Below are positions 50,802-63,746 of a DNA stretch of 64,000 bases, one piece after another. The DNA is taken from the NCBI GenBank assembly GCA_964270895.1, contig OZ185437.1, one strand, 5' to 3'. The notes under the pieces are model-generated. The model searched no databases, was not told the origin of the DNA, and worked only from the letters and a program-made list of their open reading frames with translations. Numbering within the stretch: the stretch's first letter is position 1; each line of letters opens with the position of its first letter. The position numbers and the translations under genes were made by a program. This stretch comes from Podarcis filfolensis. Taxonomy: Eukaryota.

Positions 50802-51468
50802 CTAGAAATGCAAGAAAGAGTGAGTAGAATATGCTCCAAATCGAGGTATTATTAAACACAACAGTGAAACCCCCTACTCTACATGAGACCTTCATATGGC
50901 AGGTGAAGCAATACATTCTGCAGTCATCTTCCATCTTAATAAGTTGATGGAAATTATAGAAACCAAAAGGTTTGAACAACTTTAGCTTCTATATTATCTA
51001 TGCACATGCTATTGGTGCCCATTATTAACTGAATATCTTTTCTTTCACAACTGATTCCATTTAACCCACAAACCAAATGTGATTTCTTTATATATCTGTA
51101 TATTTGAATTATAAAGTCATTGTATTTTAACCACTAGCAACTAATTACCAACCTGCTAATCTAAGTTTATGTAATGAGATGAACGTTTTACCCAACAGCA
51201 ACATAAAATTTAAAGGAAAAGATTTGCAAAAGTGACTCTGGAACTATGACTGCGATAAAGCAGCTGTGGAGGCAGGGAGTTAGAGGAGAAGTGGCAAGTG
51301 GAGGAAGGATTAAGCAACTCTCTTCTCAGTGACTGTTTCTCCTCTTGCAATCCTTTGTTTTCCAGAGGAGAAGCAATTGCTGGAGCTTCAAGACACAGAA
51401 ATTAGGCTGCCTTAATTTCATTGGCCCACCAGCTTCTTAAAAAAGCAAGTCTCTAGCCCTGCTAGAAT

Positions 51469-51825
51469 GGGACGCGGGTGGCGCTGTGGGTTAAACCACA
51501 GAGCCTAGGACTTGCCGATCAGAAGGTCGGCAGTTCGAATCCCCATGATGGGGTGAGCTCCCATTGCTCGGTCCCTGCTCCTGCCATCCTAGCAGTTCGA
51601 AAGCATGTCAAAGTGCAAGTAGAAAAATAGGTACCACTCCAGCGGGAAGGTAAACGGCATTTCTGTGCGCTGCTCTGGTTTGCCAGAAGCGGCTTAGTCA
51701 TGCTGGCCAGATGAACTGGAAGCCATACGCCGGCTCCCTTGGCCAATAAAGTGAGATGAGCGCCGCAACCCCAGAGTCGGTCATGACAGGACCTAATGAT
51801 CAGGGGTCCCTTTACCTTTACCTTT
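51469..51825 (+). mobile_element. Sauria SINE (full length)
   Basis: gggacgcgggtggcgctgtgggttaaacc...caggggtccctttacctttaccttt. 14-bp TSD tagccctgctagaa at 51454-51467 and 51826-51839. Confidence 0.92.
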
Positions 51826-54431
51826 TAGCCCTGCTAGAAAGAAAGTTATGGGGCAAAATATGCAGATACATTCAAAGCAACTGCTGTGTAATGAGAGTAG
51901 TGTTGCTACCTTGTCTATTTTCCAGGAACTAAGGAATGCCCCTGTTGTCATTAGACACCAACAGCACTAGTGTGTGCATGTCCGTGTGGGGGTGGCGGGT
52001 AGGAGAAAGAGATCTCCATAATCAGGACCAGCAAATCAAAGCTGTCTTACCAGCACAGCATAAGCATAAATTTGTCAGGAGTGGTTTTCTTTCTAATTTT
52101 GCATTATGCCACGCTCCCCATGGCAGCCACCCCCATCCATTTTGTGACTGGTTAACCCAGAATTCTCCTTTTTTGTGGGGGGAGGAACTTTACGTAAGAT
52201 AGCACCACAGTCCTTTTGTGACTTGTCTTCCTTGTCTTTTAGCCACCTTGAAGAGGATAAGAAATTTAAGGCTGTAACATGGATAAACGGCTACAAGATT
52301 ACTAAAACCTAGGATGCATTTTGTCAATGCCTTGAGGTTGAACCAGAAGGTGGATTTAAAAAATCCAAACAAAAAAAGAGATTGTAGAAAAAGACCTATG
52401 TCATCTAAACAATCCTGTTCCTGTCAATTTCTTCAATTAAATTACTTAGAAACAAGTAAGAACTAAATCTGCATGACACCATAATTTTCTAGCAAGGTAT
52501 TATCTGTCATGAAATTGGTAACAAATGAAATAAAATCCCTCCATTCAGCTCTAATCTTCCTCCCTTGTGGCTATTGCCAAGGAGTGCTGGGTTGCAAGGG
52601 AGGAGATAATATGAGACTGATGGGAAAAGTAGTACAATTTTGCAAAGCCAACTTACTGAACATTGTATCAAAATTCATTGCTTTCAAATACACCATTAAC
52701 TTGCATGAAGGAGGGGGGAGGAAGGGGGGGGAAGAGAAGAAGGCAAGAGAAACCACATGTTTATAGCTATATATGTGATGACAAAATCAAGATGAAAACT
52801 TCAGCTATGTCTCATCTGACAGTTGTGTTTACTAAAACAACATTTGTTTTGCAAATTTCCTGGATTTCCAGAATGACAAGGAGAGATAAGAAAAGGCACC
52901 CAAACAACAAGTCCAGTTATTTGGCCACTGTCATTCTATTCAAAATAAGCTCCAAAGATGAAATGTTGAAGAACTGGTGACTGCATTTGGGACCAAACCT
53001 CCTCAGATTAAAAAAAGTAGGGGAAAAACTAAAAGCATGATGGACAATTAACATGATAGCCAGCTCAGAAATGTGATTTAGTATTATTCCACTTAAATTC
53101 CACTAAATCCCAGCCCTCATTAATGCAGAGATAAGAAGCATAAAATTAGTTTTTTAAAAAAACCATTACAAAGGAACTTGACAGGGATGGGTTGAAGGGA
53201 GCTCACTGGTTCTCAAGTGAGGTACACGTTTATTTTCAATTTCTACATTTATATCTATGCTATGACTTATTTGGGCAACCTAAGCAAGGCTAGCAGACTA
53301 AATATGAGCAATCTGGAGTTTTATTGAAAGACTGTGGTTTCCAAAATACAAAGAACAATGGGTGCAAATCTACCAAGCACAGCTTCGTTCAGAACAAATC
53401 ATTTCAATGGGGCTCCTGCCTAAGCAGCCCCTCTCTCTAGTGGAATGTATATTTTCACATGATGCCACATTTGGTCAAACACCTGCACCAGTGCATCAGT
53501 CTGGAATGCCAGCACAAGGGCAATACTAGCACAGCAGCTGGGACGCTCTATCCTGAGCATCCTTTGCTAACAAAGGCAGTTTTAAGATTGTGCCACAAGT
53601 TTATATGGCTTGATTTTTCAGATGATAAGTAGCAATGATAATACACAACACAAATCATTCTTTTTTTACATAAAATACCTAAAATATTCATGTTGCTCTG
53701 TGTTTCATCTTAATTCTTTTGGTGAGGTTTGTGAAATTAAAAACTAGCAACTGGGAACCGCAGTTATAACAACGTCTGTATGCTTGAGTTTTAAAAACAG
53801 CCTACTGGAGTAAAAGGCCATTCATCCCAAATGCCATTGCTGGGTATGGAACACTCACACCCCTCAGCCTGGGGAGGCAATGAAAAGGTTCTGTCAACAG
53901 AGACCTGTGCATGCACACACATACACATACAAGAGCTTGAAGCCACTTTCTCTCAGTGAAAACTTACACCAGTGTTTGTTGCAAGAGAGACTTAGACAGG
54001 TGGGGCAAACAACTTGAGAGAAGATGCTGATCTATGCGATCAGCACCCTTCCTCTTCGCAAAGTGATAGCTGGTTGTAAAAGACCAATGTGATTAGTCAG
54101 TCTGAATGATTGCTTAATTCATGCATGTACACACCCAGCTGTGGGACCGCACATGAGGAAGCGGCGTGAGTGGAATAATTTATAATGGATGGTGCTACTT
54201 TCCAGTGCTGGCCTATGCAAAACCTACTCATAATCTGCAGACTTCTTACAGAGTACTATATAGATCCTAAGCACATTATTTAGAAATAAATTCCATTGGA
54301 AATTCTTTCTACAAAATGCATTTAGAAATGGAGAGCATGGTTGACTTTCCCCGGAATCCATGTTAAGTATATTGCGGCAACTCTGACATTTCAGAGTTAC
54401 GTTATCAAACCACATACCCTATTTCAAAGAT

Positions 54432-54433
54432 GA

Positions 54434-54477
<44 letters not shown>
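54432..54477. repeat. (GAAA)11 microsatellite
   Basis: Read directly from the sequence. Confidence 0.95.
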
Positions 54478-54479
<2 letters not shown>

Positions 54480-54919
54480 TCCCAACTGAGGTGGGGAACT
54501 CATGGGGTACATTTTTGGCTACCGGGAAGGATTTTTAAAAGGTGGCAGTATGATGGCAAAGAGCATAAAAGAGCATTCTAAAATATAATCTAAATATATG
54601 TTTAAGTCATAGCCAACATGGTCTCATTTGGATTAAATCTTGGAACAAGGGTTTACAAGAGGTGTGGGGAACCTGCAGCCTGTGGGCCAGGAGGGTCACT
54701 CCACCAAACTTTTCCCCATACCATCATCAGCTGGTGAGCTCACTGCTGACACACCAAACTACTCCCTTTTGCAAAGAGGTTTCAGACACCCTCATCCCAT
54801 ATGAGCCTCAAACAGGGATGTATAGGATATCTGAAAGCATTCGACTGGGAAGGGAAGAAAAAAGCTGCCCTTTGAAAGCACTGCCTATACACAGGACTTT
54901 TCCCTTTTATAAAAGACTT

Positions 54920-54945
54920 ACACACACACACACACACACACACAC
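54920..54945. repeat. (AC)13 microsatellite
   Basis: Read directly from the sequence. Confidence 0.95.
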
Positions 54946-57167
54946 TTGAGCCACAGGAGCATGGGGTCTGTTGAAAACTGTTTGCAAGCAGCAAAAGTGT
55001 TTCCACACCTCCATGCACCTGCTTTGAAGACCCAGCAATTGGAACTTCAATATGTGATGTCAGTTGATTGACAGGTGCATGGCCTCACCCACTTGTCAAA
55101 TTTGCCACGAAGTGGAGAGATAAGCATCTGGCCCAATGGCCAGATAATGTTTCCTTCCCCTTGTTTAGGACCTGGGAGCAGGGAACGGTGGAGTGGCTCT
55201 TCCTGCCTCTATTTCTCAACTTCTATTTAACTCCTTTACTTGGTTTTGTGATGTGTTACTGCTGCTAAGCCTACTTAAAATGAATCTAGGTACGCTGCTA
55301 AGATCACTTGGATATCCCTGATTAAAACCCACAGCTTACTCATGACCCTTAATCATGGCTTGCAATACTTGCCAACAATTCACAACAGTTAGTTGCTGTC
55401 AGCTGGAGATAACTTTAAATATTTACGTATCCCAGTTTCATGTGCCTTCATCATCCCACCCAACTATCTTAATTTATCCCAGTGAAATGCAACTACTGGG
55501 ACTCATATGCAAATATATTATTCTCTTCAAGGCTACAGAGAAAAAGGTACAACAATTCTTTGAGGACTTCAAAATGAAAAGCATTTACTGCTATATTCCT
55601 ACATTTTAATTCTGATAAACTGCAGTGTGTTGCATGTACCACTTGGCACTATAAACGTCAGTTAAATCTAAATCAGAACAATGCACAGACTTAAAAAATT
55701 GCCATTTGGATCACTCACTGTTTCAGCTATAAGTGAGATGATTCAACAATCTTTATTTTCCCATCTGTGTAGGAAAGAAGCCAATAAAATTATGAGTCTT
55801 CAGCAGCAGCAACCAGTTACCCTGCAAGCATCTTGCATGTGATTGATGTCTCACTTAGCAGATGTCTTACTGCTTGTTGAACATGACAGGACATATTTTA
55901 TTGGTCTATTAATACATGCCTTTGATGTTTGTGATGAAAAGGGGCTAGAATAAATGGGTCCATAAAACACACCCCGGAGTGCCTTAATCCTTTTATTTTA
56001 CTCAAATTCCAGAGAAAACCATTTTTAAATTAAAAGAGGGACCTGTACGTCCATTGCAGAATGCACCTTAAAGAGAAGAATATACCCAAGGGAGGGAGGT
56101 AAATGAAATGGGAGTAAATTGTTTCCTTGCTACAATGTTATTTAGGGATGTACTTCAGTTCAGATGTGCCTTCCCTTAAGGATCACATGCTCATTGCTTC
56201 TTGAACTCCGTCATTAGAAGCACTCCATCACCCCATCGTCCTCCTCCTTTGTCTTTCTTGCAAGGGGATTGGAGCATGACTGAAACTATCGTCTTATTGG
56301 GCCTTCAGAAGAATCTGAAACCAGGTGAAAAAGCAGCCAGGGCTATTTGGGAGCATGGCCACTATGACAAAGAAACACTGATGACGAAAAAGAAATAGGG
56401 ACATCCTGAAGCCACACCTGATGCAGCTGTTTCTAGGCAGGGCTAGCCTTGCATTTCAAAAGTCTTCCAGTAGCCATGAGGTGGCCAGTAATTCCATGCG
56501 GGAAAGCGGGCAGGTGGAGGAGGGACGGATCTCTCCATCCCTTCCATGGCAGTCTACTTGGTTTCCATGCTAGCCGTGGAGGAAGAAAAGTCCCTTCCTC
56601 TGTGACCAGCATAAAAATGAAGCAAGCTGGCAGAGGAAGGATGGATTGCTCGCTCTCTCCTCTGCCAGTCTGCTTGACAGATAGTTTTTCTTTTTTGGTA
56701 GTGTGTTAACATGCTAGCGGTCTGCATTTCCATGCTGGCTGCAGAATTGGGGGCGGGGGCCTTCATTTGCAGTCAGCATAGACACAGAAGCTACTAGGCT
56801 CTTAGCAGGCTAGTCATACATTTTGCAGGCTAGTGACTTCTGTGAGCTTATCTACAAGCCTTGACTATATATTTTTTTCAGGCTGTAAGTGGGAGAATTG
56901 AATTTTGCAGTTCTCCCCACAAAATACATATAACATGTCAGATAAAATTCAACGAGAGATAACATACTATTACATTTGGAAAAGATTTCAGACATTTGAT
57001 TCACCTACCTACTACCTGAAATGGTACAACCCAATAACTGAAATATCATGAGGAGTTTCTAATTTAATTCAGTTTGTTCTGTCAGACTCACACACCACCT
57101 TTTTTAAAGTGGGAGGGAAAGAGTGATTTATGCACACACTCTGAGTTTTGTAATTATAGGAACTTAC

Positions 57168-57242
57168 GTTTTCCAAGTTTGAATTTTCATAATATATCCC
57201 TTGTATTAATTCACCAATGGCACTTGACATGATCTCTACCAC
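57168..57242 (-). CDS. PDSS2: PDSS2 (decaprenyl diphosphate synthase subunit 2) internal exon, ~exon 4 (75 nt)
   Basis: cccctttcag|GTG GTA GAG ATC ... TTG GAA AAC|gtaagt = VVEIMSSAIGELIQGIYYENSNLEN, compared with recalled human [24 protein letters not shown]. Confidence 0.88.
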
Positions 57243-58119
57243 CTGAAAGGGGAAAAAAGAAATAATTGTTTTAAGTGGGTTGATTAATTACAGATATGGT
57301 AGAGTGCACCAAACTGAAAGAGCAAAGGAAACATTAATAAAAGAGAATCTCTAAGTTGGAGCCTTGTGCTTAGCATTTCTTCTTCCCACTACATTTCATG
57401 TTAATGCAAACAAAAGCAAAATAATATATATTTTAAAGTATACATTAAACAAGCTGCCAGTTATGTACACATTGCAAGATCCTCTGGAAATTGTTACAAA
57501 CTCAAAAATTTATACCCACTGCAAAAAAGTCAAAGAGTCCATAAGCAGTTCTTTATTATTCATTTTCATGCATTGGAAACATACTGTAGTTGTATTAAGT
57601 GTCTGCCCTGAGGGTCAACAGCAACACATGTATTGAAACTTTCACCAACATGCAGCTGTTCATATGATATTTAGAAAACTATTATCTTTAGGGTTCTCAG
57701 TTGTTCACATTAAAAAGCTGAATCAAATCCAAAATTTAAAAACCAGCCATAGTCTCACTGGAACTACTGGAACTCCCTTAACTGGAACAATATACCAGAA
57801 TTTACTGTAATATATTCAATGCAGGCGTATCAAGTAGGCACACCTTAAGGCTATCCTGCCTGCTCACAGGTTTACTCTCTTCGGTGATTAATTTCCTATG
57901 TATATAGAGCTGTATCAGATTCCCCATCTCCCTTTCCTAAAATTTAGCCCATTTGTTATTGAATTAAAAAGATTTAGTTTCAGTTTTTATCATTCTTGTA
58001 ACTGAAGACAGCATGGCCAACAATAAAGTCCCCAAAAGCAACACAAATAAACCCCTTAACATTCTTGGTGATCCTTCTTATTGTTTTATTTGCAAACCTC
58101 CACTTACTATATTTAGACA

Positions 58120-58205
58120 GCATTCCTATGTACATTTGTCTGGGAGTTAGCATTATGGAACAGAACGGGATTTACTTCCAAGTAAGCATGCACAGATTGC
58201 ACTCT
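58120..58205. repeat. Short palindromic squamate repeat (cctatg-acattt/actt...gatt family); similar degenerate copies near 475-570, 8995-9240 and 42590-42690
   Basis: cagcattcctatgtacattt...ggatttacttccaagtaagcatgcacagattgcact resembles other short self-complementary copies in the window. Family identity uncertain. Confidence 0.4.
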
Positions 58206-60010
58206 TAGCCTCTTGCACAAACCTATGTACACACTTAGGCAAACAGTACCAATTAAATCCTTTTCTTAAAAAAGAAGACGCCTAGGAACTAATTTGTAAG
58301 GCCTATTTTAAAACAGCCTTGTTTGGGGAGGGGAAAAAATAGCCTTGCCTGTTCAGTAATCAGATACTTAAAGAAATATTGTAGCAATATGAGCTGCAGG
58401 GGAACTGAAAGGACAATGATCCTACAGTGTTAACCCAGATGTGTTGAGTTATTTAAGTGGGGAACAGAGAAAATGAGGGGCATTTTTTGGGAAGGTATCA
58501 GATAAGCCTTATGCCCAAATCCAGGAGGATTGTGTATCGCCAATAGGTCTATGAAAGCCTGTAACCAAATGCTCAGTGTCAGATTGTATTACGGTTTATA
58601 CAAGCAACATCTCAAGATTTCTCTGATGGCTGGGACACATAATACAGATCAATCACTCACTAAAAAATATTATGGTTTGTGAAACGGTTGGAGCCCAGAG
58701 ACATGGCAGTAATACGAAGAAGAAGAATTTACAAAGACACTGAGTCCTACCTCTAAATGTCAAAGTGATAGTATGAGCTTTAACAATGCATCTAGCTGTG
58801 AATAGCCAGAACTTCCTCCCCCCTCTCAAAACACACATCCAACCTTCTCTGAAACTCTAGACAAGACACAACTCAGCAAAAGATCCTTTACTTCTTATAC
58901 ATACACACATATAAGGAAGTGGCAGGTTTTCATTAATTTCAAGGTAATTATTTCTTGAAGAATCAGAATTTTTTTCTGTAAAGATATATAAAACACCAAA
59001 ATCAACACTATATGAAATTCATAGGCACAAAATATACTAAACTGTGCAATTACTTATTACACCCTAAGAGCACTTCTTTTCATCTGCAATGAATCTTTCT
59101 TGCAATAAAGCTACTGTTTATACATCCACAGAGTATGAGTCTATAAAAGGTTTCACATAAATACAATTGTGTTTTGCCCCTTAACAATCACCCTCTAAAG
59201 TTTATCTTCTCAGCAGCTTTGTTTAATGGTCACTAATGTCCTACTGCAGTTATAACACTTAACCCTTAGGGGTTAGGGATCATGAGTGGACCATGGGTCC
59301 CTATGTTCACAGAACCTTCATTCATGCACACGTTTCAACCCCTGTCTCTCACTCCTGTTTCACCATGACATTATATAATCACTAGCCTCCACCGAAGAGA
59401 AATCTGATGCTCTCCTAACTCCAATTCAGAACAGTGGTTCACAGTTGGCATGGGGCAATTGCAGAAAATGCCTGCTTTCATGGCCTTTGCACTATGATAT
59501 ACTGTAGGGTGCAGGACCACAAGCAGATTTCCCCCAAATGATTGAAGTGATTTTACAGGTCTACACAGGGGCAGAAGAACTTGAACATGGTCTGGTCAAT
59601 GATCAACAACCAGTTCAGCTCCCAGTTCAGCTCAGGCGTAGCATGTGTGCATCCAGGTGTTCCACTCAACAACTGCGGGCCACAACACCAGCTGCACCTT
59701 CTGAACCAATCCCAAAGGAATGCCAACATAATATTATGCCTGCACTGTGCCCTGCTGAGTCTATGGCTGAAGTGATATTTGAACTGAGGACCCAGAGCTC
59801 ATACTTTTGGTTACTGTACTACACAAGGTCATATACTTCTTCCCCTCTCCACTTCCCCGACCATCACCAGTGCTCCAAGTTTAGAAAGATGCTTCTGAAA
59901 TATTCAGAGTATAGTAAGTTACTTAATCAGAACTTTACACCTACTAGATAAAGGTTATATAAAATATGAAAAATGCTACCTTCTCAATATTATTCATAGC
60001 ATGATTAAGG

Positions 60011-60083
60011 TGCCAGGTAGTCTAGTGGTTTTGTTTTTGTGTTTTCACTATAGTAGCCTGGGTTTAATTCCCAGTCATGGCAA
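60011..60083 (+). pseudogene. tRNA-Glu(TTC)-derived pseudogene or SINE head
   Basis: Gapless hand alignment to a recalled vertebrate tRNA-Glu gives about 50/72 identities. A-box TAGTCTAGTGG, anticodon loop TTTCAC and decayed B-box GGTTTAATTCC are recognisable. Most differences are C>T or G>A, and the D-arm is replaced by T runs. Confidence 0.6.
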
Positions 60084-60100
60084 ATCACTTCAGGGAGGAG

Positions 60101-60243
60101 CTAAAGCTAAAGGTCTCAGATTCAATCCCTGGCATCTTCAGGTAGGTCTGGGAAAGACTCCTGTCTGAAATCCTGGAGAGTCTACTGCAATTCAGCGTGT
60201 AGACAATACCAACGGTCTGGCTCAATATAAGGCATTGTTTCTT
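60101..60243 (+). mobile_element. 5'-truncated tRNA-derived SINE (Squam3-like)
   Basis: B-box-like ggtctcagattcaatccctggc followed by atcttcaggtagg...gtagacaatac...tataaggca. Confidence 0.65.
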
Positions 60244-62639
60244 AGGTATACAGCAGGGATTTTCAATCTTTGAACTTTAGACACTTGCTCTCCGAGTTGT
60301 GATTTTGGTTAATTTCTGCACATTAGGTTTTTAGGATCTGCACCATTTGTGCAAAGTGCTGCCAAGGTGAATTGGGACCTCAGTGTTGCTCTGCATGAAA
60401 AGCTCAGTCCAGATCACGCCCAACACTGCCCTGCAGCTGCAAATATTAAACAATGATTCGGAGTGGTAGGCAAGCTTTCTTTCATGGAGCCTGTCCATCA
60501 TTTATTTTTTTATTGAGGATCACACCCCAGAAAAAAATTATGAGAAAAATCCAGGTTTTCTTGGAGCACAATTTGAAAACCACTGTTGGAGGACTATGCA
60601 ACTTTTTTGGGGGGCCCAGAATTATCAATCAAGTACATAGACTGAATATTGCCATCATAGCAGGACCATATTTATGTTGCATTGCCAATCTAGTAACAAC
60701 TGTCTATAAAAATGGGGTGGGGAGAAATTATCTGAGCGACATTAGCACAATATAGCTTTGGAATGCAAGAATAGGCATCTTACAGCTAAAGAAGGAAAAA
60801 AACAGATCTCTGCAATATTTCAATAGCTACTGTATATTTTTCTCTAAGCATCACTGAGATTCAGGCTGTGTAAATTATCATTTTTGCTATTGTCTCAGTT
60901 GGGATCATCTGGGCGACTCAAATAATTTCCATTTTCTTCTCCCTGCCCAGCCCCTCACACACACACCCCATCTAACTGTTTGGACAAAATAGTTACATCA
61001 AGCAATGAATGCAGCCAACCCAACTGTGAGCAGCCATCTTAAAGGCTGCAAGTACTTGAAGAATAAATAGCTTTTAAGAGCCTGAACAGGACAGGAGGGA
61101 GACAACATGCTGGTATGATGGAGCACTTGCACTCCTTAAATAATCTGAAAAAAGTTAGCATTATATGGAGAGCAAAAAAAGATACTCTGTGTTCATATGT
61201 CACAGAATGAAGAGTTTGAAATAACAAGGGAAACTCAAGAAAACAGTGGATTGAGGCAAAAGTGTCCTGGGGAATTTCTTTTTAACTGAAGAGAAATAAA
61301 GGAAAAACGTTACAAGGGATGAACAAGAAAACTGCTTGTGCTGGACTCCCAAGTTCCAGATAGACTTGCTAGCTGAAAGCACACTTCACATTTCCAACTA
61401 ACAATCTATTTGTTTGAAAGAGAGATGTTTTAAAAGCAGAATTAAGTTCTCTGTGATCATGCCTAAAAGTCAATTCACCATTAAGATAGAACCTGCTGGA
61501 TTTTGGGGAAATGCTATTAGATACCAGTCATTTGATGACGACCATGACAACAACAACAACTGTGTGAAGCTGCTTTATAGAGTCTCATTCAAGGTGCCTT
61601 CTCAAGTTGCCAATAACTTTGCTTCCTTGTTTCTTAAGGATATGTTTTCTTTTACTCTCCTAACCCACTGCTTCAGCAAGGGTGGGTAACTGCAGCCACC
61701 TGTCTCTCTGAACTCTGGTCTCTCCCAAGTCACAGCCTGTACTGGCCCAGCTTCACACCCACCACGAGTGTTTTTGCCTGACTAGAATGTATCCTTGAAC
61801 ACTGGTAATGCCTATTGCTTCTCTGGATGGAGGGCAAAGAGGGGTGTGTGAGTGTGTGTAGAAGCCTACTGAAACAAATACAACATTTACATCCACTGCT
61901 CTTCCCACATGCCACACACCGCTGGCATGTGACCCTTGGAAGGTTGCACAGAAGAGAATGAGGTCCTTGAGCTGCAAAAGGTTCCCCACCCCAGGCTTAA
62001 AGCTTTGTCACACACTACTTTTTATTCCTCGGCTGCCTGTCCAAAGGAAATTGCCTCTATAAGACCAGATTAAAAATATTTTTGTAAATAAAGAATAAAT
62101 GCACTTAATAGAAAAGCACAAGTACCCCCTAGTGCAGAAACTTGCAATTTGTAGACTGTGCACTACATGACCCCAGTGCTGAAAAACAGGGCTCCAATTA
62201 GAATTTTGAAAATGCACCTGAAAAGTTTCCAGACACAAACAAAACAAAGCCTTTATTATTTATTTTATTCACCTCCAAACTTTAGCTGATTTGTTAAGTA
62301 AAAGCCTGAAGTGGACCTTTACAATTATAATCTTGTCTGGCACGGTTCTTACATCTTCTTGGAAATGTAGAACTTGATATGTATCATTGCCATATTGATA
62401 TAGTAGAACTCAAGGCAGTAATGTATCAGAGATTTAGTAAGCATGTGAATTATAAGATTAGTATTAAACTGTTGCAATAAATACTGTCTTATGTTTAATG
62501 ATCTTCCAGGAAGTTTCATCTACTCAAGGGCTTTGCCCCCTATTATGACTTCCTATCATAATGTGTAAGTTTTCCTCTAGGTCAATGAAATGAACCTGGA
62601 CTAATGTTTTCCATCAGCAGATAAAAAGTGTGTAGTGTC

Positions 62640-62805
62640 AACAGTGGAACAGACTCCCATGAGAGGTGGTGGGCACTCCTTCCCTGGAGGTTTTTAAGCA
62701 AACGTTGGATGGTCATGTATGAAAAATTGGGATCCCTGCATTGCAGGGGATTGGACTAGATGACCCTCAGGGTCCCTTTGAACTCTACAGTTCTGTGATT
62801 CTATG
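62640..62805 (+). mobile_element. CR1 LINE 3' end
   Basis: gaggtggtgggcactccttccctggaggtttttaagc...ttggactagatgaccct...tctgtgattctatg, the typical CR1 3' UTR and ATTCTRTG tail. Confidence 0.8.
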
Positions 62806-62823
62806 TAAATAGGCTCACTTGGT

Positions 62824-63328
62824 ACATAAGAAGCTGCTTATACTGAGGCAAACAATTGGGTTCATCTAGCTCAGTATTAAGGGATGCGGGTGGTGCTGTG
62901 GGTTAAACCACAGAGTCTAGGACTTGCCAATCAGAAGGTCGGCGGTTTGAATCCCCACGACGGGGTGAGCTCCTGTTGCTCGGTCCCTGCTCCTGCCAAC
63001 CTAGCAGTTCGAAAGCACCTCAAAGTGCAAGTAGATAAAAAGTTACCGCTCCGGCGGGAAGGTAAACGGCGTTTCCGTGCGCTGCTCTGGTTTGCCAGAA
63101 GTGGCTTAGTCATGCTGGCCACATGACCCAGAAGCTATACGCCGGCTCCCTCGGCCAATAAAGCGAGATGAGCGCCACAACCCCAGAGTCGGTCACGACT
63201 GGACCTAATGATCAGGGGTCCCTTTACCTTTAGCTCAGTATTGTCTACATAGACTGGCAGCTGTTTTCCAGGGGTTTAGGCAGGGATCTTTCCTAGCCCG
63301 ACCTAGAGATGCTGGGGACTGAACCTAT
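62824..63328 (-). mobile_element. tRNA-derived squamate SINE (Squam3-like) split by the Sauria SINE
   Basis: Removing 62879-63242 rejoins acataagaagctgc-ttatactgag...catctagctcagtatt|gtctacatagactggcag...gagatgctggggactgaacct, the reverse complement of the copies at 60101 and 63606. Family name is from recall. Confidence 0.7.
62881..63230 (+). mobile_element. Sauria SINE (full length) inserted into an older SINE
   Basis: Same family. 12-bp TSD tagctcagtatt at 62867-62878 and 63231-63242. Confidence 0.92.
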
Positions 63329-63605
63329 GTACTGAGGCTTGCTTAATACTGATCAGTTTTTACAAGAACTCACAAGGAGAGGTTAGGGATTCACCAGATA
63401 ATCCAAGTTTTTTTTTTTATTAAATCTTTTTATTTTATTTGCTGCAAAAAGAGAGGTTGTCAGGCAACTGGGAGGTCTCACCAATAGAGCTGCATTCAGC
63501 TTGTGGAGTCACAAGTTTAGCAGGCTTGGTCCCATGTCAATAAATAATGTTTAAGGCAGAAGTGCCATTTAGCACCCAATACATTAAACAGAAGTGTTTA
63601 GGAAA

Positions 63606-63746
63606 GGGTCACAGCTCAGTGTTCTGCATGCAAAAGGTTTCAGGATCAATCCCTGGAATCTCCAAGGGAAGGCTGGGGCAGCCTTCTGGAGAACTGCTGC
63701 CATTCAGAGCAGAGAACACTCAGCTAGATGAACCCATGGTCTGACA
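63606..63746 (+). mobile_element. tRNA-derived SINE (Squam3-like), degenerate
   Basis: gggtcacagctcagtg...tgcatgcaaaaggtttcaggatcaatccctgg...ctcagctagatgaacccatggtctgac. Confidence 0.6.

Noticed and set aside
58750-58797. Possible cryptic 45-nt PDSS2 poison exon (cag|CTAGAT...TTTAGAG|gtagga)
   Set aside because: Poor polypyrimidine tract; such AG/GT pairs arise by chance.
59538-59951. 137-aa plus-strand ORF in PDSS2 intron
   Set aside because: Antisense intronic, with no recognisable homology or exon structure.
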